From positions 1,650,001 to 1,682,000 of the forward strand of contig OZ257143.1 of the NCBI GenBank assembly GCA_965279305.1: a stretch of 32,000 bases of DNA, read 5' to 3'. Position numbers and translations under genes: made by a program. Under the pieces are notes generated by a model, which made no database searches, was not told the origin of the DNA, and saw nothing but the letters and a program-made list of their open reading frames with translations. The DNA comes from Gammaproteobacteria bacterium. Its GTDB lineage: Bacteria; Pseudomonadota; Gammaproteobacteria; JBIOEC01. Of the stretch, positions 1 to 9,166 are shown piece by piece. The stretch's first letter is position 1. The number at the start of each line of letters is the position of its first letter.

Positions 1-128
1 GTAATATCCACACCGATGCCATCGCCCTCAATAAAGGGTATAATAGGATGGTCAGGCACATGTAAAACCCCGTTTTTTGCTGAAATCTTCTCTCCTTGAG
101 GGGGAAGTGTAATGTGCTGAAAACTCAT
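1..128 (-). CDS. icd: Isocitrate dehydrogenase (NADP), N-terminal fragment; the gene continues off the left edge of the window
   Basis: Minus-strand translation from the ATG at 128-126 gives [42 protein letters not shown]. This is collinear with the E. coli Icd N-terminus as I remember it (..[35 protein letters not shown]..). It is absent from the ORF track because it is truncated. Confidence 0.85.
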   Translation of the reverse strand, partial: MSFQHITLPPQGEKISAKNGVLHVPDHPIIPFIEGDGIGVDI

Positions 129-222
129 GGGAACTTCTCCTTAGATTCAACTTAATTCTAGGGAGTAATTATAGCATGAGTATTCCAAGATGAAATCGTT
201 TAAGACTAGTTTGAGATCCGAG

Positions 223-1314
223 ATGAGTACAAACCCAAAACCTAAAATAATCGTTGGCATGTCTGGCGGTGTTGATTCTTCAGTGAGTGCCTGGTTATTG
301 CAAGAACAAGGCTACGATGTGTCTGGCCTGTTTATGAAAAATTGGGAAGAAGACGATACTGAAAACCATTGTTCCGCCGCTACGGATATGGCCGATGCTG
401 AAGCTGTTTGTGAGCGTTTACATATTCCTTTTTATAAAGTCAATTTTGCTACAGAATATTGGGACGATGTGTTTGAATACTTTTTAACAGAATACAAAAA
501 TGGTAGAACACCTAATCCGGATGTGCTTTGCAACCAATATATAAAATTTAGCGCCTTTTTAGATTATGCAAAAACTTTAGGCGCAGATTTTATTGCCATG
601 GGACATTATGCCCGTTGCATTCCGCCTACTTCAGAATATCCCTATTATCAATTACTCAAAGGCGTAGATCCTCAAAAAGATCAAAGTTATTTTTTATATC
701 GATTAAATCAAGAGCAACTATCGCATAGTTTATTTCCTTTAGGTGATCTCCATAAAACCCAAATTCGCGAATATGCTACACAACTAGGTTTTCCTAATCA
801 TAATAAAAAGGACAGCACCGGAATTTGTTTTATTGGAGAACGCAAATTTAAAACTTTTTTAGAGCAATATCTTCCTGCTCAACCGGGAGCCATTGCTACT
901 ACTGAGGGCGAAGTCATCGGTCAACATCAGGGTCTTATGTACTATACTATCGGGCAAAGACAAGGGTTGGGCATTGGTGGTTTAGCAAATAAATCTGAAG
1001 AACCTTGGTATGTGGTATATAAAAATTTAAAAGACAATGTATTAGTAGTAGCACAAGGCGAAAACGACGCATTATATTTAGATACATTAATAGCAGATGA
1101 TTTACATTGGGTTAGTGGCGGATCTCCTGTGTTACCACTCTCCTGCTCTGCCAAAATACGTTACCGCCAAGCGGATCAAGCCTGCACTATTACTGCAAAA
1201 GAAGATGGTAAAATAGAAGTGCATTTTGCTGAACGTCAACGCGCTATTACACCCGGACAATCTATTGTATTTTATGATGCTGATCGTTGTTTAGGAGGCG
1301 GAGTTATTCAATGA
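223..1314 (+). CDS. mnmA: tRNA 2-thiouridine(34) synthase MnmA
   Basis: The PP-loop motif [11 protein letters not shown] is present and the protein is collinear with E. coli MnmA ([34 protein letters not shown]). The ORF opens at ATG 190, but ATG 223 ([16 protein letters not shown]) fits the homolog N-terminal length better. The start is ambiguous between 190 and 223. Confidence 0.95.
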   Translation: MSTNPKPKIIVGMSGGVDSSVSAWLLQEQGYDVSGLFMKNWEEDDTENHCSAATDMADAEAVCERLHIPFYKVNFATEYWDDVFEYFLTEYKNGRTPNPDVLCNQYIKFSAFLDYAKTLGADFIAMGHYARCIPPTSEYPYYQLLKGVDPQKDQSYFLYRLNQEQLSHSLFPLGDLHKTQIREYATQLGFPNHNKKDSTGICFIGERKFKTFLEQYLPAQPGAIATTEGEVIGQHQGLMYYTIGQRQGLGIGGLANKSEEPWYVVYKNLKDNVLVVAQGENDALYLDTLIADDLHWVSGGSPVLPLSCSAKIRYRQADQACTITAKEDGKIEVHFAERQRAITPGQSIVFYDADRCLGGGVIQ

Positions 1315-1943
1315 GTATACATAATAAAGAAAGAACATTAGCGCTGGCTGGCATTATGCAATCTTGCACATTAGTTAATCATATTGCTAGAGGACGTTGG
1401 GTAGATCCTCAAATAGTAGATATCGCGATTGATAGTATTTTTGTAAAAAATCCAGATCATGTACTTAGCGTTTACCAAGATAAAATGTCACATTTAGAAT
1501 TTGGTTTACGACGCATGACCGCTTTTTTTCCTAAACCGGAACGTCAAAATGACGGTGAATTGGCCAGTTATTTATTTGGCAGCATTTTATTAGCACGTTT
1601 ATTACAACAAGATAAAATGCGAATGCAACAACTAGGCACAGCGTTAGAAGCGCTTCATGCCAAAAAATTGGCCGATCCTTCATTGGATAGAGACGATATT
1701 TGCACGGAACTTGCCCAGCTTTATGTGGAATATATTGGCAGCTTTAAAAAACGCATTAATCTGGTTGGATCTAAAGAAATCCTTCAAGATCCGGTAGAAG
1801 TAAACCGTCTTCGCGCCCTACTGCTTTCTGCCATTCGAGCAGCGGTATTATGGAATCAAGTAGGCGGACGTATATGGCATTTGTGGTGGAAACGTCCCCA
1901 AATTGCAGAATATGCTAAAGCGCTGCTTGAAGAACGCATATAA
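1311..1943 (+). CDS. hflD: High-frequency-of-lysogenization protein HflD
   Basis: [22 protein letters not shown] resembles the E. coli HflD N-terminus (..ITLALAGICQSARLV). ATG 1311 overlaps the mnmA stop (ATGA) and has an AGGAGG Shine-Dalgarno site at 1293-1298. The track start at 1287 is a TTG located inside that SD region. The mnmA-hflD order matches E. coli. Confidence 0.85.
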   Translation: MSIHNKERTLALAGIMQSCTLVNHIARGRWVDPQIVDIAIDSIFVKNPDHVLSVYQDKMSHLEFGLRRMTAFFPKPERQNDGELASYLFGSILLARLLQQDKMRMQQLGTALEALHAKKLADPSLDRDDICTELAQLYVEYIGSFKKRINLVGSKEILQDPVEVNRLRALLLSAIRAAVLWNQVGGRIWHLWWKRPQIAEYAKALLEERI

Positions 1944-1971
1944 TTGCTAACCTTAAAATTAGAACTATACT
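1944..1971 (+). promoter_or_regulatory. Putative sigma70 promoter for the 2006-2497 gene
   Basis: TTGCTA (1944-1949), a 16-nt spacer, then TATACT (1966-1971), about 35 nt upstream of the ATG. This is a pattern match only. Confidence 0.35.
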
Positions 1972-2005
1972 CTACTGTTAATAGTACATAGTTTTAAGGA
2001 TTATC

Positions 2006-2497
2006 ATGAAAAATAAAAATACGTGGTTAGTGATTGCCAATGCAATTAAAGCTTATATCTACAATTTAGAGCATCAAGAAGATGCAGTAAAAAACTTACC
2101 TGTTTTACTCAAAGAACATCATGAAGCGCCGCTGATTAAAACCTTTACGCATCCTGAAGGCCGCATGCACACTCAAGATTTAGTGAGTGATAAAGATGGC
2201 CATTACAGCACACCAGGCACTTCTCAAGGTGCTTATTCAGAACATACTCCCGAGCATCAAATTCAATTAGTAAAATTTGCCGAAGAAATTGGGCATTTTT
2301 TAGAGCACGCTCGCACACAACACGAATATGAACATTTAATTATTTGTGCGGAACCGCATTTTTATGGCGTGTTGAAAAAAGCATTGCCACATCATGTAGA
2401 GCCATTAATTGCGCACCATATTTTGAAAGATTATGTGCCATTACAAGCGAATGGTTTGAGAAAAGTGATAGAAGCAATCCAAGAAGAATACGAATAA
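2006..2497 (+). CDS. Host-attachment protein family (Host_attach-like) protein
   Basis: An AAGGA Shine-Dalgarno site precedes ATG 2006. The N-terminal TWLVIANAIKAYIY and the C-terminal half (VKFAEEIGHFLE...YEHLIICAEPHFYGVLKKAL...LKDY) fit my recollection of the 'protein required for attachment to host cells' family pattern (FA..ia..L...fd.L.l.A.P..LG.LR..L......KD). Confidence 0.65.
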   Translation: MKNKNTWLVIANAIKAYIYNLEHQEDAVKNLPVLLKEHHEAPLIKTFTHPEGRMHTQDLVSDKDGHYSTPGTSQGAYSEHTPEHQIQLVKFAEEIGHFLEHARTQHEYEHLIICAEPHFYGVLKKALPHHVEPLIAHHILKDYVPLQANGLRKVIEAIQEEYE

Positions 2498-2514
2498 AAG
2501 TACGGTCATTGTGA

Positions 2515-2541
2515 GCGCCCCCTGTTTTATTAGGGGGGCGC
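2515..2541. terminator. GC-rich hairpin between convergent genes (possible bidirectional terminator)
   Basis: GCGCCCCC (2515-2522) pairs with GGGGGCGC (2534-2541) around an 11-nt loop. It lies between the stop at 2497 (+) and the sodB stop at 2556 (-). Neither side has a clean U-tract, so the call is tentative. Confidence 0.4.
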
Positions 2542-2555
2542 GCGACAATCCATCT

Positions 2556-3131
2556 TTACATATTTTTTTCAGCAAAATCCCAATTAACTAATGCCCAAAA
2601 TGCTTCCACATATTTAGGGCGCAAATTGCGATAATCAATATAATAAGCATGTTCCCACACATCGCAGGTTAACAACGGTTTCTTATTATCCGTCATCGGA
2701 TTCGCTGCATTTCCTGTGGCTACTATTTCTAATTTGCCTTCAGAATTTTTCACTAACCATGCCCAACCAGAGCCAAACTGTCCTACAGCTGCTTTAGTGA
2801 ACTGCTCTTTAAACTGAGCAAAGCTACCAAAATCTTTATTAATCGCATCAGCCAATTTACCAGTAGGTTCGCCACCGCCATTAGGTGCCATAGAATGCCA
2901 ATAAAAAGTATGGTTCCAGACTTGAGCGCCATTATTAAAAATAGGCCCAGAGGCTTTCATAATAATTTCTTCTAAAGTCGCATTCTCAAACGGGGTGCCT
3001 GGTACTAAATTATTCAAGTTAGTCACGTACGCTTGATGATGCTTACCATAATGGTAATCCAAGGTTTCTTCTGAAATATGAGGTTGTAATGCATTTTTAG
3101 CATAAGGTAGAGCGGGTAATTCAAAAGCCAT
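2556..3131 (-). CDS. sodB: Superoxide dismutase [Fe]
   Basis: [40 protein letters not shown] and [13 protein letters not shown] are canonical Fe/Mn-SOD signatures. An AGGAG Shine-Dalgarno site lies upstream of ATG 3131. Confidence 0.95.
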   Translation of the reverse strand: MAFELPALPYAKNALQPHISEETLDYHYGKHHQAYVTNLNNLVPGTPFENATLEEIIMKASGPIFNNGAQVWNHTFYWHSMAPNGGGEPTGKLADAINKDFGSFAQFKEQFTKAAVGQFGSGWAWLVKNSEGKLEIVATGNAANPMTDNKKPLLTCDVWEHAYYIDYRNLRPKYVEAFWALVNWDFAEKNM

Positions 3132-3160
3132 AGTAATCTCCTATACCTATTTCTTAGTGT

Positions 3161-3189
3161 GTGACATTGTAGCCAGAAATCGTTAAAAT
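3161..3189 (+). promoter_or_regulatory. Putative sigma70 promoter for grxD-argD
   Basis: GTGACA (3161-3166), a 17-nt spacer, then TAAAAT (3184-3189). This is a pattern match only. Confidence 0.3.
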
Positions 3190-3218
3190 AGCTATTTAGT
3201 CGGCCAATGAGGTTTACC

Positions 3219-3536
3219 ATGAGCAACTCCCCAGATACCCTAGCGAGAATTAAACAGCAGATAGCAGAAAATCCTGTTATCCTCTATATGAAAGGTACGC
3301 CTCAATTCCCACAATGTGGGTTTTCAGCTCGTGCTGTAAATATTTTACAAGAATGTGGCGTAGAATTCGCTCATGTCAATATTTTAGAAGAACCTGAGAT
3401 CCGCCAAGTACTTCCTCAATATGCTAATTGGCCTACCTTCCCTCAGCTTTATATTAATGGCGAGTTGATTGGTGGATCCGATATCATGTTAGAAATGTAC
3501 GAAGAAGGCGAACTCCAAAAGCTATTATCAGCATGA
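3219..3536 (+). CDS. grxD: Monothiol glutaredoxin (Grx4 family, CGFS active site)
   Basis: IAENPVILYMKGTPQFPQCGFS and YANWPTFPQLYINGELIGGSDI are collinear with E. coli GrxD. ATG 3219 has a GAGG Shine-Dalgarno site 6 nt upstream. The track start at 3207 would add MRFT and has no SD. Confidence 0.9.
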   Translation: MSNSPDTLARIKQQIAENPVILYMKGTPQFPQCGFSARAVNILQECGVEFAHVNILEEPEIRQVLPQYANWPTFPQLYINGELIGGSDIMLEMYEEGELQKLLSA

Positions 3537-4699
3537 GTTACTTAATGTCCACTTACAAACCTTTAATGACCATTGAACGCGCCGAAGGCTGCTATCTATG
3601 GGACACCGAAGGTAAAAAATATTTCGATACTATCAGTGGTGTTGCCGTATGCAACCTAGGACATTGTCACCCAAAAATCAGTAAAGTGATCCAAGACCAA
3701 TCTACCAAGCTTATTCATAGCTCCAATTTGGTCAGCAATCCTTATCAAGAAAAATTGGCCACCGCATTAGTTGAACTCTCTGGGCTTAATAATGTATTTT
3801 TCTGCAATAGCGGCGCCGAAGCGGTGGAAGCCAGCTTAAAGCTCGCTAGATTATTCGGACACAAAAAAGGTATTGCTAAACCTAAAATCATTGCTATGGA
3901 CGGAGCCTTTCACGGCAGAACTCTTGCCACATTAAGTGCCAGCGGCAATCCGAGAATTCAAGCAGGCTTTACGCCACTGGTGGAAGGATTTATTCACGCG
4001 CCTTATGACAATACTGAAGCACTGCGAACACTCTTACAAGAACACAAAGACGTAGTGGCCATTATTTTAGAACCTGTGCAAGGTGAAGCGGGTGTTAGAG
4101 TGCCACGAGATAATTACCTCGCTGCAGTACGCGCACTCTGCGATGAATTTGATTGCTTGATGATCTTAGATGAAATTCAAAGCGCCGTAGGACGCACCGG
4201 CAAATGGTTTTCCTATCAGCACACCACCATTAAACCCGATATCGTCGCCCTCGCAAAAGGTTTAGCTAACGGTATTCCTATAGGTGCATGCATTGCAGGT
4301 CCTAAAGCCAGCCAATTATTTCAATACGGAAACCACGGCAGCACTTTTGGTGGAAACGCATTAGCCACTAGTGTTGCCTCAGAAGTGATTAAAGTGATAG
4401 AACATGAACAATTACTAGAAAACGCCACCGAGCGCGGCGCTGAACTAATAGAACAATTTCGCACACAGCTAGCCGATTGTCCTCATGTAAAAGACATACG
4501 CGGCCAAGGATTATGGATAGCCATTGAACTCGACAGGCCCTGCGCAGACGAAGTACTAGCAGCGGGCCTAGAGCAAGGCATGCTACTCAATATGGTACAA
4601 ACCACCACCCTACGAGTAGCCCCTCCCCTTATTATTACATCTGAAGAAGTACGCCATATAGCAAACAAAATTTCTCAAATAGTTCAAAACTTACCTTAA
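3533..4699 (+). CDS. argD: Class-III PLP aminotransferase, acetylornithine/succinyldiaminopimelate aminotransferase-like
   Basis: LMSTYKP..IERAEGCYLWDTEGKKYFD..GVAVCNLGHCHP, ILEPVQGEAGV, DEIQSAVGRTGKWF and LAKGLANGIPIG (the PLP lysine region) are typical ArgD-family motifs. The start overlaps the grxD stop (ATGA at 3533-3536). The exact substrate cannot be determined from the sequence. Confidence 0.8.
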   Translation: MSYLMSTYKPLMTIERAEGCYLWDTEGKKYFDTISGVAVCNLGHCHPKISKVIQDQSTKLIHSSNLVSNPYQEKLATALVELSGLNNVFFCNSGAEAVEASLKLARLFGHKKGIAKPKIIAMDGAFHGRTLATLSASGNPRIQAGFTPLVEGFIHAPYDNTEALRTLLQEHKDVVAIILEPVQGEAGVRVPRDNYLAAVRALCDEFDCLMILDEIQSAVGRTGKWFSYQHTTIKPDIVALAKGLANGIPIGACIAGPKASQLFQYGNHGSTFGGNALATSVASEVIKVIEHEQLLENATERGAELIEQFRTQLADCPHVKDIRGQGLWIAIELDRPCADEVLAAGLEQGMLLNMVQTTTLRVAPPLIITSEEVRHIANKISQIVQNLP

Positions 4700-4839
4700 T
4701 TTAAAAGTACAATCTCAATACACAACTCCGCTGCAAAACAGGTCTCATTTCCTTGGGTTTCACCAAAGTCTGCAGAGAACCGAAACCTATCTTTCGATAG
4801 GCAAAATAGAGGCAAGCAGCTCAATAATCTGGTATAGTA

Positions 4840-4868
4840 TTGAATATTGTTTACGAATATAGTATGAT
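4840..4868 (+). promoter_or_regulatory. Putative sigma70 promoter for the 4934-6931 gene
   Basis: TTGAAT (4840-4845), a 17-nt spacer, then TATGAT (4863-4868), about 65 nt upstream of ATG 4934. Confidence 0.35.
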
Positions 4869-4933
4869 AGTTAACTACAATCATAGGACAAACAACGCAC
4901 CTCAACCTAATTTAAGGCCTAAAGCGGGCATAT

Positions 4934-6931
4934 ATGACACCTGTTATCTCTCTGTACCCATCTTTGCAAAACCCTGATCTTTACGATGCCATTGTTATTG
5001 GGGGTGGTTTTGCGGGTACTTTTAGTGCTGTAGATCTGGTAAAAAAAGGCTACAGAACATTACACATTAATCTAGATCCAAGCATTCTTGGAGACAGCAG
5101 CTCAAGTGATAATCAATGCTTTAAAGCCCATCTTGGTGTTCACTATATGGGAGATGCTCAAACCGCTTACCAATGCTTAATAGGTTCTATCGAATTCGCC
5201 AGAGACTTCCCCCAGTTTCTTGAAGGGAAGATAGGAGACCCGTGGAGACGTGGCCGTCACTATGTGGTTTCAAATTCTTTATACCAACCCGAACCACTAT
5301 GTGAAGAATTAGTAAATCTATATAGAAGAAAAGTAGAAGATGATGAACGAAATGCTGTATTTGGTGATCCTGACGACTTAATCAAATACTTAAATCCTGA
5401 AGATTATCCTTATATTGCAAAAGAAATCCCCTACACTAATGAAGCTTTTTCTTTAGATATTTGTTATGCAATCAATCCATCCGATATTAAAACTCATAAA
5501 ATATATCTTTATCTAGAAGGCAATCAAATAAAATACAAAGCGCTTAACAAAAAAAGAGAACTTCAGGAAGTTTCAATTACAGATGATGAAATGCCTGAAG
5601 CGGAATCAATAAAAAATGTTTTAAGATCAGAAGGTGAAAAAGAGCTTACACCCTCACAGAAAAAATCCATTTATTCAGTTACATCTAAATACGATCCTTT
5701 TTTTTGCGAAGAAGGTTTAATCGAAACAATATATGTAAAAACTGCTATTGAGACACCTGAATCTCAAATTAACATTTCAAAATTACGAGCTTATTTACAG
5801 CAAAAGTTAGCAAAACATGAAAACTATACATTTTTACCCAACACTCGAGTCACTACTCTTAGCTTTGATCCAGGTACTTTAAATTATCAAGTTGGAACTG
5901 TTACAACTGAAGGTGGAACCGTTAAGCATAATACTTATACTACTGCTGGGATTATCAACTGTTCATGGCACAAAATTGAAGAACTGGATCGCCAACTGGG
6001 ATACATTGGAAAAGATGAGCAAATAGTTAACTCTGCTACTGGCTCTAAAAAAATCAAAAAAGAAAGAGTTGTTAGAATTAAAATCAGCTTACTAGTCGAA
6101 CTTCCTCCTAGTCTTAAAAATGTTAATACTTGTATTTTTTCCTGTGGACCTCACTTCTCTTTTACAAACCTTGGTGATGGAACCGCTATTCTTACCTATG
6201 AACCCGTCACCAATGCAGGTTCTTATCGAGCAGGTACAGTAATTCTTAATGATGATATACAAGCATTTTATAAAGAAAAATTAGTGCCTGAATCTGGAAA
6301 AGGAAAAGAACTTGCTGATAAAATTATGGATGGTTGTGCTAAATACTTTCCTGATTTAAGAAGTCCGGAATGCAAAGTGAAAAAAGTACGTTTAGGACAT
6401 GTGAAAATTTTCGTTGAAGAAGGCGAAAGCTATTCATTAACCGATAAAGATAGTGCCATTCATAAAAGACAAGAAACAGGTGTCGAACCTAAAGGTCTTT
6501 GTTTTTTTGATTTCTCCGGTATGAAAATGACTTATGCTATCGGTGGAGCTAAAGTGGTTGGAAATATGCTTGAAGCCCACTTTTTTACAAGAAGAAAATT
6601 ATTAGAAAGAGGCTCAACAACATTAGCACCTAATAAACACGTTGGAGAGCTTCTACGTCGAAAAAACATGGGATCTTTTTACAATTATATTCTCTATAAT
6701 GTATTTAGAAACTTCACTGTAGATACCACTCGTTCTATATGTGAGAAAACATTTTCATCAAATGCATCAAGTCCAGATATGATAGCCTCAGAAATTGAAA
6801 ATATTGATAGATTCACTAAAGCAACTATTATGGAAGGAATTCAGCAAAGAGCCTCACTAGTAGCTGAAATTAATGCTCTTGCTCCTGAGCCAAAATCCAT
6901 ACTAAAATCTTTCACTGCTATACCTGCTTAG
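4934..6931 (+). CDS. Orphan FAD-dependent oxidoreductase-like protein (DAO-type N-terminus) with a large insertion and a C-terminal extension
   Basis: The N-terminal dinucleotide-binding motif YDAIVIGGGFAGTFSA is followed by SSSDNQCFKAHLGVHYMGD, which resembles the DAO-family 'sgr.sg.iHaG.rY' segment. A Lys/Glu-rich low-complexity insertion spans about aa 150-270, and a tail of about 100 aa has no motif I recognise. The ORF is long and uninterrupted. Confidence 0.6.
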   Translation: MTPVISLYPSLQNPDLYDAIVIGGGFAGTFSAVDLVKKGYRTLHINLDPSILGDSSSSDNQCFKAHLGVHYMGDAQTAYQCLIGSIEFARDFPQFLEGKIGDPWRRGRHYVVSNSLYQPEPLCEELVNLYRRKVEDDERNAVFGDPDDLIKYLNPEDYPYIAKEIPYTNEAFSLDICYAINPSDIKTHKIYLYLEGNQIKYKALNKKRELQEVSITDDEMPEAESIKNVLRSEGEKELTPSQKKSIYSVTSKYDPFFCEEGLIETIYVKTAIETPESQINISKLRAYLQQKLAKHENYTFLPNTRVTTLSFDPGTLNYQVGTVTTEGGTVKHNTYTTAGIINCSWHKIEELDRQLGYIGKDEQIVNSATGSKKIKKERVVRIKISLLVELPPSLKNVNTCIFSCGPHFSFTNLGDGTAILTYEPVTNAGSYRAGTVILNDDIQAFYKEKLVPESGKGKELADKIMDGCAKYFPDLRSPECKVKKVRLGHVKIFVEEGESYSLTDKDSAIHKRQETGVEPKGLCFFDFSGMKMTYAIGGAKVVGNMLEAHFFTRRKLLERGSTTLAPNKHVGELLRRKNMGSFYNYILYNVFRNFTVDTTRSICEKTFSSNASSPDMIASEIENIDRFTKATIMEGIQQRASLVAEINALAPEPKSILKSFTAIPA

Positions 6932-8963
6932 GATGTGTGATAGCCCATTCATTATAAAATTCTTTGGCTTCATCTAGCGCATCAATAGTTTCTTGATAAT
7001 ATTTAGACACTTCTTCCATATTATTTTGCTTAGCTGCAGATTCAATTGATTTAATAACAGCTTCTAAACGCGGTAATCCGCAATAAGCTAAGGATCCTTT
7101 TAACTTATGAGTTACATTCTGTAGCAAAGGTAAATCTTGATTTTCATAAGCTTCTATTATAGTTTCTCGATTTTCATCAAAATCTTGTGCTAGGGTATGA
7201 AAAAGCTCTTCTAACATGCTTTTACTTTCGCCAAGGCGAGTATTCCATAAATTAAAATCAACAACCACTTTTTTTTCTTGGGTATTAATGGGCTGATTCA
7301 ATAAAGAAAGAATTTGATCAGATTTTTCTGGAGACAAAGGTTTTGATAGCACTTGTTGCATTCCTGCAGCTAAGCATTCTTTGGCAATGGCCTCATCAGC
7401 GTGTGCTGTAAGAGCAACAATATAAGATTTTTTACTCTTATTATTAACATCTCCTCTTATCTGACGTGTAGCTTCTATGCCACTCATTCGAGGTAAACCC
7501 ACATCCATATAAATGATATCGTATGGAGTAATAAAACTGAGCTCTATGGCTTCTTCACCTGACTTAGCTACATCGACTTTAAACCCCATGCTATTTAACA
7601 TTACTGTACCCATTTTTCTAGCCAGGGAATCATCTTCTACTAACAATATCTTTAATTTTCCTACTTCATAACTAACCGAACCTTTTTTACTTTCTTTGGT
7701 TTTCTTTTCCAATGCAACAGGGGCTATTTCCTCAGCATAATCCGTTTCTACAACATCGTTATCGTTTTCTAAAATTGAACGTTTAAACGGCAATATGGAA
7801 GTAAAAATAGATCCATGGCCTTCTTCACTTTCAACATAAATTTCGCCTTGCATTTTTTGGACATAGTCTTTAACCACATGTAATCCAAGCCCTGATCCAG
7901 GATATTGCCCTTCAAAAGAAGGATTTAATCGGCTAAAAGGTTCAAAAATAGCATCATGTTTCTCTTCTGAAATACCAATTCCGGTATCAATAACACTAAA
8001 CCTTAATAATATTTTATCGTCAGATTCTTGAGCTTTTTCAACCAATAACCTCACGCTTCCTTTTTCAGTAAACTTAAGCGCATTCCCCAATAGATTCATC
8101 AAAACTCGATGTAATCGCAAATGTTTTCCTAATAAATAATTGGGCACATCTTCTGCACATTCTATTTCTAATTTGAGTTTTTTATGCTTGGCAACTACTT
8201 CATAAGTTTCTCTCAAGCCTTGGAGGAGTTTGTATAGATCAAACTTGACTATGCGATCTTCAAAATCAAAATATTCCTTCTTTGAAACATCAATAATTTG
8301 ATTGAATAAGCCCATCAACTTCTTACTCGCTTCCCATGCCGCATAAGCATATTCGGCTGAATCTGCTTCTGGGGTCTTGCCTTCAGCTATCAAGCGTGTT
8401 GCTTGCTGTATGCCGGCTAAAGGAGTTCTAACATCATGGCTTATATTGCGGATAAATTCAGACTTGGCTTTATTAGCTCTTTCAGATTCTTCTTTCGCCT
8501 TTTTCAAGTTTTCTTCTAAATGTTTACGCTCTGTGATATCAGAATAAATAATCAAAACACCTGATATTCGGTTCCGCTCATCATACATAGGTACTTTACT
8601 AACAAGCATCACCCTTGTAGAACCATCTTTCTGCGTTTGAGTCTCTTCATAATCGAGCTTAGGTTTACCGGTACGAATAATTTCTTTTTCATCAGCAACA
8701 TAGGCTGCTCTCTGCTCCTCAGTCCAAGGAAAGTCATAGTCAGTTTTACCAATGATATCTTCCGGGGATTTAAGGCCAAGAGTGTCAGCAAATTTCTTAT
8801 TACAACCTAAAAAAACAGAGTTAGTATTTTTCCATACCAAAAAGTGAGGTACATTATTAATAATGGTATTTAGGTATGAAGCGGCGTTCTTTGAGACATG
8901 CTTACCTTTTGGTGTCTTATAAAACAGGCTTTTAAGCTTTTCTTTGATAAAATCTAAATTCAT
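6918..8963 (-). CDS. Cytoplasmic hybrid sensor histidine kinase (PAS - HisKA - HATPase_c - REC - HPt)
   Basis: There is no TM segment. A PAS-like N-terminus (FLGCNKKFADTLGLKSPEDIIGKTDYDF...) is followed by a coiled coil. Kinase motifs are the H-box ISHDVRTPLAGI, the N-box LLGNALKFT, G1 DTGIGIS and G2 GSGLGLHVV. The receiver domain shows ILLVEDDSLARK...IYMDVGLPRMSG...ALTAHA. The C-terminal HPt domain shows THKLKGSLAYCGL. Confidence 0.9.
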   Translation of the reverse strand: MNLDFIKEKLKSLFYKTPKGKHVSKNAASYLNTIINNVPHFLVWKNTNSVFLGCNKKFADTLGLKSPEDIIGKTDYDFPWTEEQRAAYVADEKEIIRTGKPKLDYEETQTQKDGSTRVMLVSKVPMYDERNRISGVLIIYSDITERKHLEENLKKAKEESERANKAKSEFIRNISHDVRTPLAGIQQATRLIAEGKTPEADSAEYAYAAWEASKKLMGLFNQIIDVSKKEYFDFEDRIVKFDLYKLLQGLRETYEVVAKHKKLKLEIECAEDVPNYLLGKHLRLHRVLMNLLGNALKFTEKGSVRLLVEKAQESDDKILLRFSVIDTGIGISEEKHDAIFEPFSRLNPSFEGQYPGSGLGLHVVKDYVQKMQGEIYVESEEGHGSIFTSILPFKRSILENDNDVVETDYAEEIAPVALEKKTKESKKGSVSYEVGKLKILLVEDDSLARKMGTVMLNSMGFKVDVAKSGEEAIELSFITPYDIIYMDVGLPRMSGIEATRQIRGDVNNKSKKSYIVALTAHADEAIAKECLAAGMQQVLSKPLSPEKSDQILSLLNQPINTQEKKVVVDFNLWNTRLGESKSMLEELFHTLAQDFDENRETIIEAYENQDLPLLQNVTHKLKGSLAYCGLPRLEAVIKSIESAAKQNNMEEVSKYYQETIDALDEAKEFYNEWAITHPKQV

Positions 8964-9030
8964 AATCTTTGCTTCTTACCTAAAGAAATAGTTGATTAAC
9001 TTACAATAAATATAACTTCCTTACTTTTTG

Positions 9031-9039
9031 AGTATATCA
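9031..9039 (-). promoter_or_regulatory. Possible extended -10 element for the hybrid kinase gene
   Basis: The minus strand reads TGaTATACT, about 60 nt upstream of ATG 8963. There is no convincing -35 element. Confidence 0.25.
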
Positions 9040-9128
9040 TTCTTGTCTACTTACAGATATTGGGAAACGGCTCCTTTTCGGCAGGTAAATATCCTACAAA
9101 ATTACCACTACCATCTATGAGGGATGGG

Positions 9129-9165
9129 AAAACATTTCTATCTTCCTTAATGGAAAAAATGTTTT
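9129..9165 (-). terminator. A/T-rich inverted repeat immediately after the SLATT gene stop (weak terminator candidate)
   Basis: AAAACATTT (9129-9137) pairs with AAATGTTTT (9157-9165), and an inner TTCC/GGAA pair lies between them. The repeat starts 1 nt after the TAA at 9167-9169. The stem is almost entirely A/U, so it is weak. Confidence 0.25.
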
Positions 9166-9166
9166 T

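Noticed and set aside
942-1154. Short ORFs antisense to or nested within confident genes: 942-1154, 3023-3226, 4483-4668, 8609-8791, 11010-11201, 12268-12710, 12835-13023, 13252-13545, 14799-15123, 22554-22790, 23240-23455, 25725-26097, 27667-28890, 30159-30681, 31697-31972
   Set aside because: Each is fully or largely embedded in a longer gene that has strong homology-type motifs. They lack Shine-Dalgarno sites and have the odd, low-complexity composition typical of shadow ORFs.
1287-1310. Upstream-extended track starts at non-ATG codons: hflD TTG 1287, scpA TTG 21412, yciB TTG 23124, csrA TTG 30515, scpB GTG 20498
   Set aside because: In each case a downstream ATG matches the homolog N-terminus and has a Shine-Dalgarno site. 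The extension overlaps a neighbouring gene, a Shine-Dalgarno site or a promoter element.
4821-4868. Possible PmrA-type tandem site upstream of the 665-aa gene (TTGAATATT ... GAATAT)
   Set aside because: The GAATAT repeats are 13 bp apart rather than 11, and the TTAAT core is not preserved. The sequence is better explained as an ordinary -35/-10 promoter.
4696-4905. 69-aa minus-strand ORF in the argD / 665-aa gene intergenic region
   Set aside because: It starts at a TTG, has no Shine-Dalgarno site, and is Cys/Phe/Leu-rich with no motif. It overlaps the plus-strand promoter-like element. It is most likely non-coding.
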